64,000 nucleotides of DNA, from NCBI GenBank assembly GCA_001189165.1, contig LFCO01000003.1, positions 126,984 through 190,983 of the forward strand. Reading direction: 5' to 3'. Made by a program: the position numbers and the translations under genes. The stretch's first letter is position 1; each line of letters opens with the position of its first letter. A model generated the notes under the pieces. The model ran no database searches. It had not been told where the DNA came from and saw nothing but the letters and a program-made list of their open reading frames with translations. Shown one piece after another: positions 49,895 through 60,098 of this stretch. The stretch comes from Parcubacteria bacterium C7867-005 (GTDB lineage: Bacteria > Patescibacteriota > Minisyncoccia > Phycocordibacterales > Zambryskibacteraceae).

Positions 49895-50752
49895 ATGGAG
49901 TCGATCAAAAAGAATTGGAAAACTTGGCTGGTGGTAGCTCTAATTCTGGGGAATATCTGTGTTTGGGCGGAGATCTATGTTCGTAGACCCTCCAATCTCC
50001 TAAATGTTTATTTTTTTGATGTTGGCCAGGGCGACTCTATCTTCGTGGATACCCCAACACACAAACATATTCTCATCGATGGAGGATCAAATAATAGAGT
50101 GCTATCTATGCTCGGAGAGGTTTTACCTTTTGGTGATAGAAAAATAGATGTGCTTTTGGCCACCCATCCGGACCGTGACCACATAGGCGGTTTGTCTGAG
50201 GTGGTCAGTAGGTTTGATGTCAAAATATTTATCTCGCCAGGCATTGAATCACCAACTACAGTAGACGATGAACTTGATTTGAGTATACAAAGAGAGGGTT
50301 CACAGAGAATATTAGCTAAACGTGGTACAACCATAGATTTTGGGGACGGGGTGAAGCTCGTCCTCTTGTTCCCAGACAGAGATGTTTCAGATTGGGAAAC
50401 AAATGATGCTTCTATAGTAGCCAAGCTTGTTTATGGGGAACACTCCTTTCTTTTGACTGGTGATTCGTCCAAGAAAACAGAGTATTTATTGCTTGGCCTG
50501 AATGAAGAAGTGCTAGACAGTACTGTCTTGAAGGCGGGACATCATGGATCACGCACATCTACATCTTTGTCTTATGCCCAGGCGGTTAGTCCGGAATATA
50601 CGATAATCTCTGCTGGCAAGGGCAATTCTTATGGGCACCCACACAAGGAGGTGATAGATGTGTTAAATAAAATAGGTACAAAAATACTCTCTACTTTTGA
50701 ATTGGGAACTATTAGATTCAAGACAAACGGAGAATCTCTAGAGGTTATATAA
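49895..50752 (+). CDS. ComEC-type metallo-beta-lactamase-fold nuclease (stand-alone)
   Basis: FDVGQGDS, THPDRDHIGG, LLTGD, KAGHHGS, NSYGHP. Start set to ATG 49895. Confidence 0.9.
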   Translation: MESIKKNWKTWLVVALILGNICVWAEIYVRRPSNLLNVYFFDVGQGDSIFVDTPTHKHILIDGGSNNRVLSMLGEVLPFGDRKIDVLLATHPDRDHIGGLSEVVSRFDVKIFISPGIESPTTVDDELDLSIQREGSQRILAKRGTTIDFGDGVKLVLLFPDRDVSDWETNDASIVAKLVYGEHSFLLTGDSSKKTEYLLLGLNEEVLDSTVLKAGHHGSRTSTSLSYAQAVSPEYTIISAGKGNSYGHPHKEVIDVLNKIGTKILSTFELGTIRFKTNGESLEVI

Positions 50753-50987
50753 GGCCAGCTTTTTTGAGGACAGAATGAGCACCACGTTTGTTTATGGTTT
50801 TGATCGCATCTGTAGAAAGTGTGAGGGTGAGCGTTTTCTTGAGTTCGGGTACATAAATACGCTTTTTCTGGAGATTTGGATACTTCCTGACGTTCCCGGT
50901 TGGATTAAACTGGGTAGCACGAGTCCTGTTGGAGTAGCCTCCACCTATCCTTGAACCCTTTTTAGTGACTGGACAAACCTTAGCCAT
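50745..50987 (-). CDS. rpmB: 50S ribosomal protein L28
   Basis: MAKVCPVTKKG...PNLQKKR...LSTDAIKTI. Confidence 0.9.
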   Translation of the reverse strand: MAKVCPVTKKGSRIGGGYSNRTRATQFNPTGNVRKYPNLQKKRIYVPELKKTLTLTLSTDAIKTINKRGAHSVLKKAGLI

Positions 50988-51019
50988 AGTGGGAGTTATG
51001 CTAACATAAAACCACGAAC

Positions 51020-51637
51020 ATGCAACTCGAATTCATATTCCAGATAGCCATACTCATCATGTCTGTTGTTATCCATGAAGTTTCTCATGGGTATGCAGCC
51101 AGTCTCTTGGGGGACCAGACTGCCAGGTATCAAGGCAGGTTAACTCTCAATCCATTCAAACACTTGGAGATGGTGGGGTCGTTCTTTGTCCCACTTGTTT
51201 CTTATTTCTTTGGAGGTTTTATCTTTGGCTGGGCTAAGCCAGTACCCTATAACCCACACAATCTACGACCAGGTAGATGGTCTGAGGCAATAGTAGCCGG
51301 GGCTGGTCCAGCATCTAACCTTGTGCTGGCTATCATATTTGGCTTGGTTATTCGGTTTTCTGTGGCCTTGGGTATAGAAAATATGGCCTTTTTGCATGTC
51401 ACTGCCTTGGTGGTGTTTGTGAACCTGCTTCTCATGGTCTTTAACCTGGTCCCCATACCTCCACTAGACGGTTCAAAGCTACTTTTCGCCTGTTTTCCAC
51501 AGAAAATGTATCAAATTCGGGGTTTTTATGAGAGATACAGCCTGATACTGATACTTATCTTTATCTTCGTATTATGGGAATACATCGCCCCACTCGCCAC
51601 TTTAGCTTTCAGGATAATCACCGGCCTGTCCCTTTGA
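51020..51637 (+). CDS. Site-2 protease (M50)
   Basis: HEVSH, AGPASN, FNLVPIPPLDG. Confidence 0.94.
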   Translation: MQLEFIFQIAILIMSVVIHEVSHGYAASLLGDQTARYQGRLTLNPFKHLEMVGSFFVPLVSYFFGGFIFGWAKPVPYNPHNLRPGRWSEAIVAGAGPASNLVLAIIFGLVIRFSVALGIENMAFLHVTALVVFVNLLLMVFNLVPIPPLDGSKLLFACFPQKMYQIRGFYERYSLILILIFIFVLWEYIAPLATLAFRIITGLSL

Positions 51638-51704
51638 GGAACGTGTTGCTTGCGTTTTTGGGGGCTATTTAGTAGAGTAGTAGTCTCCTTTTGGAGGTTT
51701 TTTC

Positions 51705-52118
51705 ATGTCTACCATAAACCAGTTGGTCAAACGAAAAAGAAGCAAGGTCGCCAGGAAATCTAAGGCGATCGCTTTGACTCGTGGGTTTAATACAATTAAA
51801 AACCGACCAATCTACTTTAACTCTCCTTTCAAACGCGGTGTTTGTACCAAGGTGACTACAAAAACTCCAAAGAAACCTAACTCAGCTATTCGTAAAATCG
51901 CCCGTGTCCGCCTATCGAATGGCCATGAAGTAACCGCCTATATCCCTGGTGAGGGCCATAACCTACAGGAACACTCAGTCGTAGTTATCCGTGGTGGTCG
52001 TGTAAAGGACCTTGGAGTCAGATACACTATCGTTCGTGGACTTCTTGATGCACAGGGTGTAGAAAAGAGACGTCAGTCCAGAAGCCAATACGGTACCAAG
52101 AAACCAAAGGGTAAATAA
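51705..52118 (+). CDS. rpsL: 30S ribosomal protein S12
   Basis: [23 protein letters not shown]. Confidence 0.98.
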   Translation: MSTINQLVKRKRSKVARKSKAIALTRGFNTIKNRPIYFNSPFKRGVCTKVTTKTPKKPNSAIRKIARVRLSNGHEVTAYIPGEGHNLQEHSVVVIRGGRVKDLGVRYTIVRGLLDAQGVEKRRQSRSQYGTKKPKGK

Positions 52119-52126
52119 AATAAACC

Positions 52127-52597
52127 ATGCGACGCAAACTCAAAGCCAAAAAGCCTTTAACTCCTGATTCAGTTTATGAATCTGAAAAGATTACCAAGTT
52201 TGTTAACTATGTGATGCTCGAAGGCAAGAAGACTACTGCACGTGCAGTCGTCTATCGTGCTTTGGATGAGATTAAATCAAAAGCCAAAACAGAGAATCCG
52301 CTTGAGATTTTTGAGATGGCTTTGAAAAACACAGGTCCAACTATGGAAGTCAGATCAAGGAGAGTTGGAGGTGCAAACTACCAGATTCCTCGCGAAGTTA
52401 GACCAGAAAGGAGGCAGTTCCTCTCTATGAAATGGATCATAGAAGCTGCTCGTTTGAAGAAAGGTAAACCAATGCATGAGAAACTCGCAGAAGAAATCGT
52501 AGCCGCTTCAAACAACGAGGGTGATGCGGTGAAGAAGAGAGAGAATACTCACAAGATGGCAGATGCCAACAAGGCCTTCGCCCACTTCGCTTGGTAA
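52127..52597 (+). CDS. rpsG: 30S ribosomal protein S7
   Basis: [28 protein letters not shown]. Confidence 0.98.
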   Translation: MRRKLKAKKPLTPDSVYESEKITKFVNYVMLEGKKTTARAVVYRALDEIKSKAKTENPLEIFEMALKNTGPTMEVRSRRVGGANYQIPREVRPERRQFLSMKWIIEAARLKKGKPMHEKLAEEIVAASNNEGDAVKKRENTHKMADANKAFAHFAW

Positions 52598-52664
52598 TTT
52601 TTTGTTAGAATTGTTTTATCCCCACGAGGGTTTTATTTTTTAGAGAATTATAAATTAATTATTT

Positions 52665-54830
52665 ATGGAACGAGATTATCCCCTAGAACGAGTTAGAAAC
52701 TTCGGTATTATCGCCCACATCGACGCGGGCAAGACCACAACCTCAGAGCGCGTGCTTTTTTATACTGGTGCTCAACACAGCATTGGTGAGGTGCACGAAG
52801 GGGAGACAACTACAGACTGGATGGAACAAGAAAGAGAGAGAGGTATCACCATCACCGCAGCAGCGATCACTTGTTTCTGGGCGCCTACGTATCTTTCAGC
52901 AACAGAGAGGTCCGATGCCAAAAAGAAATTCCGTTTTAACGTGATCGACACCCCAGGACACATCGACTTTACTGTAGAAGTGAAGAGATCCTTGCGCGTA
53001 CTCGACGGTGCAGTGGTGGTATTCGACGGCGTGGCCGGTGTTGAACCACAATCTGAAACTAACTGGCGTTATGCAGAGGACGCGAACGTTCCTCGTGTTT
53101 GTTTTATCAACAAGCTTGATCGAACTGGTGCATCGTTTGAACGTTCATACAAATCAATCCTCGACAGGCTTTCCAAGAAAGCAGTCCGTATGCAGATCCC
53201 TATTGGTGAAGAGGATAAGCACGAAGGTGTAGTGGATCTATTGAAAATGAAAGCGTACTACTTCGAGGGCAATATGGGTAATCAAGTTCTTGAGAAAGAC
53301 ATACCCGCAGACCTCCTTGAACAAGCAACTAAATACAGAGCAGAACTCGTAGAGAGAATAGTAGAGAATGACGAGGGACTCATGAATGCATACCTTGAGG
53401 GCAAGGAAATCTCTCTTGAAGCACTCAAAGAAACTCTCCGCAAAGCAGTGATAGGGAATAAAATTTTCCCTGTGTTCACTGGCTCTGCTTTGAAAAACAA
53501 AGGTGTACAGCTCGTACTCGATGCGGTTGTAGACTTCCTCCCATCTCCACTCGATATTCCTCCTGTAAAAGGTATCAATCCTGAAAATGGTGAAGAGGTC
53601 ATGAGGCATGCGAGTGATGCAGAACCTTTTGCTGCTCTCGCCTTCAAACTCCAAGCAGATCCATTCGTCGGACAACTTACTTTCTTCCGCGTGTATTCAG
53701 GAACAATAGAATCAGGAAGCTATATCTATAACTCCACCACTGGAGAGAAGGAGAGATTGGGTAGAATCGTGCGCCTCCAGGCGAATCAGCGCGAAGAAGT
53801 GAAAAAAGTTTTTGCCGGAGAGATCGCCGCAGCGGTGGGTCTAAAGAATGCTAAAACATCTCACACATTCTCTGATGAGACGAACGCAATCATCCTCGAC
53901 CAGATCACATTCCCTGAACCAGTTATCTCTTTGCGTATCGAACCAAAAACAAAAGCAGACCAAGAGAAAATGGGCTTTGCACTCAAGAGACTTTCGGACG
54001 AAGATCCAACTTTCAAAATCAAATCTGATTCAGAGACAGGAGAAACAGTGATCATGGGTATGGGTGAACTCCACCTTGAGATTATTGTTGATCGTATGAA
54101 GAGAGAGTTCAGCGTCGAAGCAAATGTCGGTAAACCACAAGTAGCTTATAAAGAAACGATCACCGGCGAAGCAGAAGTCGACAACAAATACGTCAAGCAA
54201 ACTGGAGGAAAGGGTCAGTACGGACACGTCAGGATCAAGATCAAACCACTTCCAAAATATGATCCAGAAGAAAAGGTTCCTAAAAATGCTCACCGAGAGG
54301 AAGGATTCGAGTTCATCGATTCTATCAAAGGAGGTGTTATTCCTCAAGAATTTATCCCTGCAGTAGAGAAGGGAGTGAAGGAAGCCATGGAACGCGGAAT
54401 ACTCGCAGGATACAAGATGGTGGACATATCTTGTGAATTGAATTTTGGATCGTACCATGATGTGGACTCTTCTGAAATCGCTTACAAGATCGCAGCTTCC
54501 CAGGCCTTTCAAGAGGCGGCCAAGAAGTCTAAACCAGTTATCCTCGAGCCAATTATGAGAGTCGAAGTAGTGGTCCCAGAAAAGTTCATGGGTGACATCA
54601 CTGGTAACCTTTCTGGTAAGCGTGGACAGATCGAAGCGATGGAAGATAGGGGAGACCTCAAGGTTATCCGTGCACAAGTGCCTCTATCAGAAATGTTCGG
54701 TTATGTGACAAACCTCCGTTCTATGACCGAAGGCCGTGGCTCTTCTACTATGGAATTCGATCACTATGCGATCGTGCCTCCAAACGTGGCTACAACTATC
54801 ATCGAACAGAGAACGGGAGGGAAGGCATAA
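52665..54830 (+). CDS. fusA: Elongation factor G
   Basis: [32 protein letters not shown]. Confidence 0.98.
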   Translation: MERDYPLERVRNFGIIAHIDAGKTTTSERVLFYTGAQHSIGEVHEGETTTDWMEQERERGITITAAAITCFWAPTYLSATERSDAKKKFRFNVIDTPGHIDFTVEVKRSLRVLDGAVVVFDGVAGVEPQSETNWRYAEDANVPRVCFINKLDRTGASFERSYKSILDRLSKKAVRMQIPIGEEDKHEGVVDLLKMKAYYFEGNMGNQVLEKDIPADLLEQATKYRAELVERIVENDEGLMNAYLEGKEISLEALKETLRKAVIGNKIFPVFTGSALKNKGVQLVLDAVVDFLPSPLDIPPVKGINPENGEEVMRHASDAEPFAALAFKLQADPFVGQLTFFRVYSGTIESGSYIYNSTTGEKERLGRIVRLQANQREEVKKVFAGEIAAAVGLKNAKTSHTFSDETNAIILDQITFPEPVISLRIEPKTKADQEKMGFALKRLSDEDPTFKIKSDSETGETVIMGMGELHLEIIVDRMKREFSVEANVGKPQVAYKETITGEAEVDNKYVKQTGGKGQYGHVRIKIKPLPKYDPEEKVPKNAHREEGFEFIDSIKGGVIPQEFIPAVEKGVKEAMERGILAGYKMVDISCELNFGSYHDVDSSEIAYKIAASQAFQEAAKKSKPVILEPIMRVEVVVPEKFMGDITGNLSGKRGQIEAMEDRGDLKVIRAQVPLSEMFGYVTNLRSMTEGRGSSTMEFDHYAIVPPNVATTIIEQRTGGKA

Positions 54831-54855
54831 TTGATAAACTCAGGTAATTCTAGTA

Positions 54856-54878
54856 AACGGCCCAGCAGGGCTGTTTTT
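54856..54878 (+). terminator. Terminator after fusA
   Basis: AAACGGCCC-AGCA-GGGCTGTTTTT. Confidence 0.8.
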
Positions 54879-54900
54879 GCGATATTTAAGCTGAATATCC

Positions 54901-54929
54901 TTGACTTTGGGTATTTAGTATGCTATGAT
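54901..54929 (+). promoter_or_regulatory. Strong sigma70 promoter of GC-rich orphan 1
   Basis: TTGACT-N17-TATGAT with extended -10 TG. Confidence 0.75.
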
Positions 54930-54986
54930 TAGTGAGGATAGAGAAGTTCCGTTACATACCCCTTCCGGCCTAGAGCCAGAGAGCCC

Positions 54987-55634
54987 ATGAACCCGTTCCA
55001 GGCACTCCTCGAGAAGATCGACAGCAAGGTCGCCGAGGTCAAGCAGCTCTTCGCTGCGATCCTCCTGAACGCCGACATCGTCGTGGCCCGAGCCGAACTC
55101 GGGCGTGTCATCGAAGCCCTCAAGGGCTCGAACACGGCCGCAGACGAACGCAACGCGCGTTTCGTGGCTGCGGAAGCCGAGTGCGCGCTCGAGGAGCTCA
55201 ACCAGATGGAGCAGAAGTTCCTCATCTCCGCCTTCGCCGTCGACATGATGCGCAAGCGGATGGGCGGGCTCGATCCGGTCACTCTCGAACGCTACAAGAC
55301 GTCTCTGAGTGACCGGATCACCCGGTACGATGCCACCCGTTCGGGCAGGATGCCCGACACGTCCGAGCTCCGTCGCCAATTTCGTGCCTTCAAGGCAGAC
55401 ATGCGTCGGGCCGAGGCTGCGTCCATCCACTCGGTCGGGAAGAGAGCCCACAAGGCTCTTCTGACTCCCGAGATCGTGGGTGGTTCGACCGGCTCGAAGC
55501 CGGCCTCGCGCGAGAACAAGCAGCGGGCTCGAGACAAGAGCATCGCCCATCGCGCGATGATGGTCCGGACGAATCGCATCCGCTCCGGTGAGCAGGGCAA
55601 CAAGAAGGGAGTGAAGCAGAAGGCTTCGCGCTAG
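54987..55634 (+). CDS. GC-rich orphan protein: helical N-half, Arg/Lys-rich C-terminus
   Basis: Own promoter and terminator; consistent C/G-ending codons in this frame. Confidence 0.75.
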   Translation: MNPFQALLEKIDSKVAEVKQLFAAILLNADIVVARAELGRVIEALKGSNTAADERNARFVAAEAECALEELNQMEQKFLISAFAVDMMRKRMGGLDPVTLERYKTSLSDRITRYDATRSGRMPDTSELRRQFRAFKADMRRAEAASIHSVGKRAHKALLTPEIVGGSTGSKPASRENKQRARDKSIAHRAMMVRTNRIRSGEQGNKKGVKQKASR

Positions 55635-55647
55635 ATTGGGGTAACAA

Positions 55648-55686
55648 GCCCCGCGGACGGTCCCACGGACCATTCGTGGGGCTTTT
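55648..55686 (+). terminator. Long hairpin terminator after orphan 1
   Basis: GCCCCGCGGA-CGGTCC-CAC-GGACCA-TTCGTGGGGC-TTTT. Confidence 0.75.
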
Positions 55687-55710
55687 CGTATATAAAAGCC
55701 TTAAAAATCC

Positions 55711-55738
55711 TTGACTATTGCTCGCCCTTTGCTAAGAT
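55711..55738 (+). promoter_or_regulatory. Promoter of tuf-S10 unit
   Basis: TTGACT-N16-TAAGAT with extended -10 TG. Confidence 0.65.
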
Positions 55739-55920
55739 AGCCCTTACGCGTTATGTGCTGTTTTTCTTTGGCTCTTTGAGACTCAATCTTAATAGACCGA
55801 ATGAAATATGGCTTTATTGCGTACTTATCCGTTTGTTGATCAGAGAGAGCAAATGTTCTCGCGCGCTCTCTCGGTTCAAAAAACAATTTACTTAAATTAC
55901 TAATAAATCTTACTAATTTT

Positions 55921-57114
55921 ATGGCAGCAGAATTCAACCGTTCCAAGCCTCACCTCAACGTCGGTACCATCGGACACGTTGACCACGGCAAGACGACCCT
56001 CACAGCAGCTATCTTGAACGTGCTTCACCGCGCGGGCAAAGTAGCCACAGTGAAGTCAGTTGGAGATATCGACAAGAGTCCTGAAGAAAAGGCTCGTGGT
56101 ATCACCATCTCCCTTTCCCACAGTGAATATGAGACAGACGCTCGTCACTACGCACACGTCGACGCTCCTGGACACGCAGACTATATCAAGAACATGATCA
56201 CCGGTGCCGCTCAGATGGACGGTGCGATCCTCGTGGTTGCAGCGACTGACGGTGTGATGCCACAGACACGTGAACACATCCTCCTTGCAAAGCAAGTTGG
56301 AGTTCCAAAGATCATCGTTTTCTTGAACAAGTGCGACATGGTTCCTGATAAAGAACTTATCGACCTAGTCGAAGAAGAAGTACGTGATCTCTTGAAGAAA
56401 TATGAATTTGACGGAGAAAACGCTCCTATCATCCGTGGTTCAGGCCTCAAAGCCCTCGAAGCTACAGGTATAGATGACGAATGGTCAAAGAAAGTTCTTG
56501 AATTGACTGATGCTTTGGACACTTACTTCCCAATCCCTGTTCGTGAAGTAGACAAGCCATTCCTCATGCCTATTGAAGACATCTTCTCTATCGAAGGTCG
56601 AGGTACAGTGGTTACTGGTCGTATCGAAAGAGGTACTGTCAAAGTTGGTGAAGAAGTAGAAATCGTCGGTATCGAAGCTACACAGAAAACTACAGTTACC
56701 GGTATCGAGATGTTCAACAAACAACTCCAGGACGGTAGAGCAGGAGACAACGCAGGTATCCTCCTCCGCGGTGTTAAGAAAGAAGATCTACACCGAGGAC
56801 AGGTTATCGCCAAGGTTGGTTCAGTAACTCCTCATACAGAATTCACAGCAGAAGTTTACATCCTCAAAAAGGAAGAAGGTGGTAGACACACTCCATTCTT
56901 CACCGGATACAAACCACAGTTCTACATCCGTACAACTGATGTGACCGGAGAAGTGACTCTAGCCGAAGGTGTAGAGATGGTTATGCCAGGAGACACAGTG
57001 ACATTCAAGGTTAAACTTGTTGCCCCTGTCGCTCTCGAGGATCAGACCAGATTTGCTATCCGTGAAGGAGGCAAGACTGTGGGTGCTGGAGTGGTAACAA
57101 AGGTTATCGCCTAA
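55921..57114 (+). CDS. tuf: Elongation factor Tu
   Basis: [26 protein letters not shown]. Confidence 0.98.
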   Translation: MAAEFNRSKPHLNVGTIGHVDHGKTTLTAAILNVLHRAGKVATVKSVGDIDKSPEEKARGITISLSHSEYETDARHYAHVDAPGHADYIKNMITGAAQMDGAILVVAATDGVMPQTREHILLAKQVGVPKIIVFLNKCDMVPDKELIDLVEEEVRDLLKKYEFDGENAPIIRGSGLKALEATGIDDEWSKKVLELTDALDTYFPIPVREVDKPFLMPIEDIFSIEGRGTVVTGRIERGTVKVGEEVEIVGIEATQKTTVTGIEMFNKQLQDGRAGDNAGILLRGVKKEDLHRGQVIAKVGSVTPHTEFTAEVYILKKEEGGRHTPFFTGYKPQFYIRTTDVTGEVTLAEGVEMVMPGDTVTFKVKLVAPVALEDQTRFAIREGGKTVGAGVVTKVIA

Positions 57115-57135
57115 ACAAAAGACTACGTACCTTAC

Positions 57136-57522
57136 ATGACCAAGGAAACACACAAAGAGGTAAAAGAGAAAAAGCCAAAGGCCAAAGCTACTAAAGTAGC
57201 CAAGACCGAGGACGGCGTAGGGATGCTCCGCATCCGAGTCCGGGCTTATGAATCTAAGATCTTGGATGTTTCTGTGAAGCAGATTATCGACACAGCACTC
57301 CGCTACGATGCAGAAGTGCAGGGACCGATACCTCTACCAACAGAGATCAAGAAATATACAGTGAACCGTGCTGCATTCGTATACAAAAACGCGCGAGAAC
57401 AGTTTGAGATGCGAATACACAAACGACTCATTGATATCAAGAATCCAACTCCAAAGATCATAGAATCTCTCACTAATCTCAGTCTTCCTTCGGGAGTGAA
57501 CATAGACGTGAAGCTGGTTTAA
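57136..57522 (+). CDS. rpsJ: 30S ribosomal protein S10 with basic N-terminal extension
   Basis: [30 protein letters not shown]. Confidence 0.96.
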   Translation: MTKETHKEVKEKKPKAKATKVAKTEDGVGMLRIRVRAYESKILDVSVKQIIDTALRYDAEVQGPIPLPTEIKKYTVNRAAFVYKNAREQFEMRIHKRLIDIKNPTPKIIESLTNLSLPSGVNIDVKLV

Positions 57523-57559
57523 TCCGGTTGATACAGCAAGACTGCATTCAGAAAATAAA

Positions 57560-58177
57560 ATGAAATTCCTTCTAGCCAAAAAAGTAAATATGACCCAGGT
57601 GTTCGATGAAAAGGGGATGACCTATCCAGTCACCGTCCTTTTGGCTACCCCGAACACGGTCATCGCACTCAAAGATGTGACCAGAGATGGATACAAAGCA
57701 GTTCAAGTAGGTTTTGGTGAAAAGCGCGAGAAGAATATCACTAAGCCAAGACTTGGACAGATGGGCGGTGCAAAACATTCTCATCTCAGAGAATACAGAA
57801 CGGATGATGCTGACTTGGCTCTAAAGGTCGGAGATGCACTCGACCTCACTCAATTCAAGGAAGGGGACACTGTATCTGTCATGGCAATCTCCAAAGGTAA
57901 GGGTTTCCAGGGCGTTGTTAAGAGACACAAGTTCAAAGGTGGACGCCGTTCACACGGTCAGAAGCACTCTGAGCGTGAGCCGGGTTCTATCGGTGGAGGA
58001 GGTCGTGCAGGAGGTCGTGTAGCCAAAGGTATGCGCATGGCTGGTAGAATGGGAGGCGATCGTGTTACAGTATCAAACCTAAAAGTGATCAAAGTTTTGC
58101 CTGAGACAGGCGAGATCATGATCCATGGCGCAGTCCCCGGACGAAGAGGAACAGTGGTAGAGATCAAATCAAAATAA
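57560..58177 (+). CDS. rplC: 50S ribosomal protein L3
   Basis: MTQVF, DGYKAVQ, KGKGFQGVVKRH, MAGRMG. Confidence 0.97.
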   Translation: MKFLLAKKVNMTQVFDEKGMTYPVTVLLATPNTVIALKDVTRDGYKAVQVGFGEKREKNITKPRLGQMGGAKHSHLREYRTDDADLALKVGDALDLTQFKEGDTVSVMAISKGKGFQGVVKRHKFKGGRRSHGQKHSEREPGSIGGGGRAGGRVAKGMRMAGRMGGDRVTVSNLKVIKVLPETGEIMIHGAVPGRRGTVVEIKSK

Positions 58178-58182
58178 ATTTT

Positions 58183-58914
58183 ATGGAAGCCAAGGTCTAT
58201 ACAATCAAAGCCAAAGAGGCAAATACCATCTCACTCCCAGAGGGCCTCTTCGGTTTGAATTGGAATTCAGACTTGGTTCACCAGGTGGCTACTTCACTTG
58301 AATCTGCAAAGCGTAAGCCAATAGCTCATACTAAAAACCGAAGCGAAGTTCGCGGAGGAGGCAAGAAACCTTGGCAGCAGAAGGGTACTGGACGTGCTAG
58401 ACACGGTTCTATCCGCTCACCACTTTGGGTTGGTGGAGGTATAACTCACGGTCCAAGAAACGAAAAAAACTTTGACCGCAAGGTTTCAAAGAAAATGAAA
58501 GCCAAGGCTTTCTACACCATCCTCTCGAGGAAGTTCAAAGATGGCGAGATACTCTTTGTAGACTCTATCGCTCTATCTATGCCCAAAACCAAAGAAGCTA
58601 TCGGCGCACTCAAAGGACTCTCCGGTGTTAAGGGATTTGAAAATCTTTTCACCAAGAAAAACAATTCTGCTATCATCGCCCTCGCAGACAAAAACCAAAA
58701 TGTAGAACGCTCTATGTCTAACCTCGGTAACATGGAAGTGCTCGAAGCTCGTAACCTCCATCCACTTGCTTTGCTCAAATATAAATATCTCATCATCGAA
58801 AACCCAAGCAAATCACTCGAACTTCTCCCAGGAAATAATATTTTTGCCAAAGAGAAAGTAGCTAAGGTAGCAAAGAAGACAACTACTAAGGCCAAGAAAG
58901 TAGTCAAAGCATAA
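58183..58914 (+). CDS. rplD: 50S ribosomal protein L4
   Basis: GGGKKPWQQKGTGRARHGS. Confidence 0.97.
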   Translation: MEAKVYTIKAKEANTISLPEGLFGLNWNSDLVHQVATSLESAKRKPIAHTKNRSEVRGGGKKPWQQKGTGRARHGSIRSPLWVGGGITHGPRNEKNFDRKVSKKMKAKAFYTILSRKFKDGEILFVDSIALSMPKTKEAIGALKGLSGVKGFENLFTKKNNSAIIALADKNQNVERSMSNLGNMEVLEARNLHPLALLKYKYLIIENPSKSLELLPGNNIFAKEKVAKVAKKTTTKAKKVVKA

Positions 58915-58915
58915 T

Positions 58916-59209
58916 ATGAAAACTGCACCGATAAACAACACCACAGTGCTCAAAAGACCTCGTATCACCGAGAAGGCGGCTTTGAAGGCGGACAGTATGA
59001 ACGTTTACACTTTTGAAGTGAACAAAGATGCGACCAAGAAGCAGGTTATAGCCAGTATCAAAGATGCATACAAAGTCACTCCAAAGAGTGTCAGACTACT
59101 CGCGATCCCTCGCAAAGAAGTTTTCCGCAGGGGCAAGAGTGGTGTGACCGGTGGAGGCAAAAAAGCCTATGTGTACCTAAAGAAGGGCGATAAGATCGAA
59201 GTAATGTAA
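58916..59209 (+). CDS. rplW: 50S ribosomal protein L23
   Basis: PRITEKA, YTFEV, KKAYVYL. Confidence 0.96.
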   Translation: MKTAPINNTTVLKRPRITEKAALKADSMNVYTFEVNKDATKKQVIASIKDAYKVTPKSVRLLAIPRKEVFRRGKSGVTGGGKKAYVYLKKGDKIEVM

Positions 59210-59213
59210 TTTT

Positions 59214-60053
59214 ATGAAACGATACAGACCAACATCTCCATCCAAAAGACAGGAATCAAAAGTTGAATTCAAAAAATTCATCACTAAATCCGAACCTTTA
59301 AAATCCTTGACCAAAGGTTTTCGTCGAGCGAACGGACGCAACAACACTGGGCGTATTACCACTCGCCACAAAGGAGGCGGACACAAGAGACTCTTTAGAG
59401 ATATAGATTTTACATACAACAAGATAGACGTGCCTTTCACTGTTAAGACAGTCGAATATGATCCAAACAGATCTGGATTCATCGGTCTCGTCGCTTATAA
59501 AGACGGAGAGAGACGATATGCACTTCTACACAAGAGTGCTCGAGTAGGAGATGTATACATCGCCTCAGAAACTGCACCGATCACTCCGGGGAACAGACTC
59601 CCATTGTCCAAGATCACTGTCGGTACTTTTGTTTACAACGTAGAGCTCAAGCCAAGAGGTGGAGCCAAGATCGCTCGTTCGGGTGGTAACTATGTAGAAG
59701 TTGTTGCCAAGGATGGTGGCTATGTAGACCTGAAGATGCCTTCAAGCGAAGTTCGCAAAGTTCTAGAGACTGCTTGGGCCACTGTCGGTGAAGTATCAAA
59801 TGATGAGAACAGACTGACTAACCTCGGCAAGGCGGGGAGGTCTCGTTGGCTCGGTATCCGTCCAACGGTCCGTGGTACAGCGATGAACCCAGTAGACCAC
59901 CCACACGGCGGAGGAGAGGGCAGACAGGGTCGAGGACGCAGAAGGGCTATCTCTATCTACGGCAAGCCAACAGGCAAAGGACAGAAGTCTCGCCGTTCAA
60001 AGAAATATTCAAACAAACATATTGTCCGCAGACGAAAAGTCGGCAAGAAATAA
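59214..60053 (+). CDS. rplB: 50S ribosomal protein L2
   Basis: GRITTRHKGGGHK, EYDPNR, RGTAMNPVDHPHGGGEG. Confidence 0.98.
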   Translation: MKRYRPTSPSKRQESKVEFKKFITKSEPLKSLTKGFRRANGRNNTGRITTRHKGGGHKRLFRDIDFTYNKIDVPFTVKTVEYDPNRSGFIGLVAYKDGERRYALLHKSARVGDVYIASETAPITPGNRLPLSKITVGTFVYNVELKPRGGAKIARSGGNYVEVVAKDGGYVDLKMPSSEVRKVLETAWATVGEVSNDENRLTNLGKAGRSRWLGIRPTVRGTAMNPVDHPHGGGEGRQGRGRRRAISIYGKPTGKGQKSRRSKKYSNKHIVRRRKVGKK

Positions 60054-60057
60054 AAAA

Positions 60058-60084
60058 CAAAACTCGCCCTCAGGCGGGTTTTTT
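60058..60084 (+). terminator. Terminator after rplB
   Basis: AAAACTCGCC-CTCA-GGCGGGTTTTTT. Confidence 0.8.
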
Positions 60085-60098
60085 GGTATATTCAAGGC

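Noticed and set aside
54915-55673. 252-aa antisense ORF (also the antisense ORFs at 63380-64000)
   Set aside because: Shadow frames expected from GC-rich codon bias; promoter and terminator orientation support the + strand.
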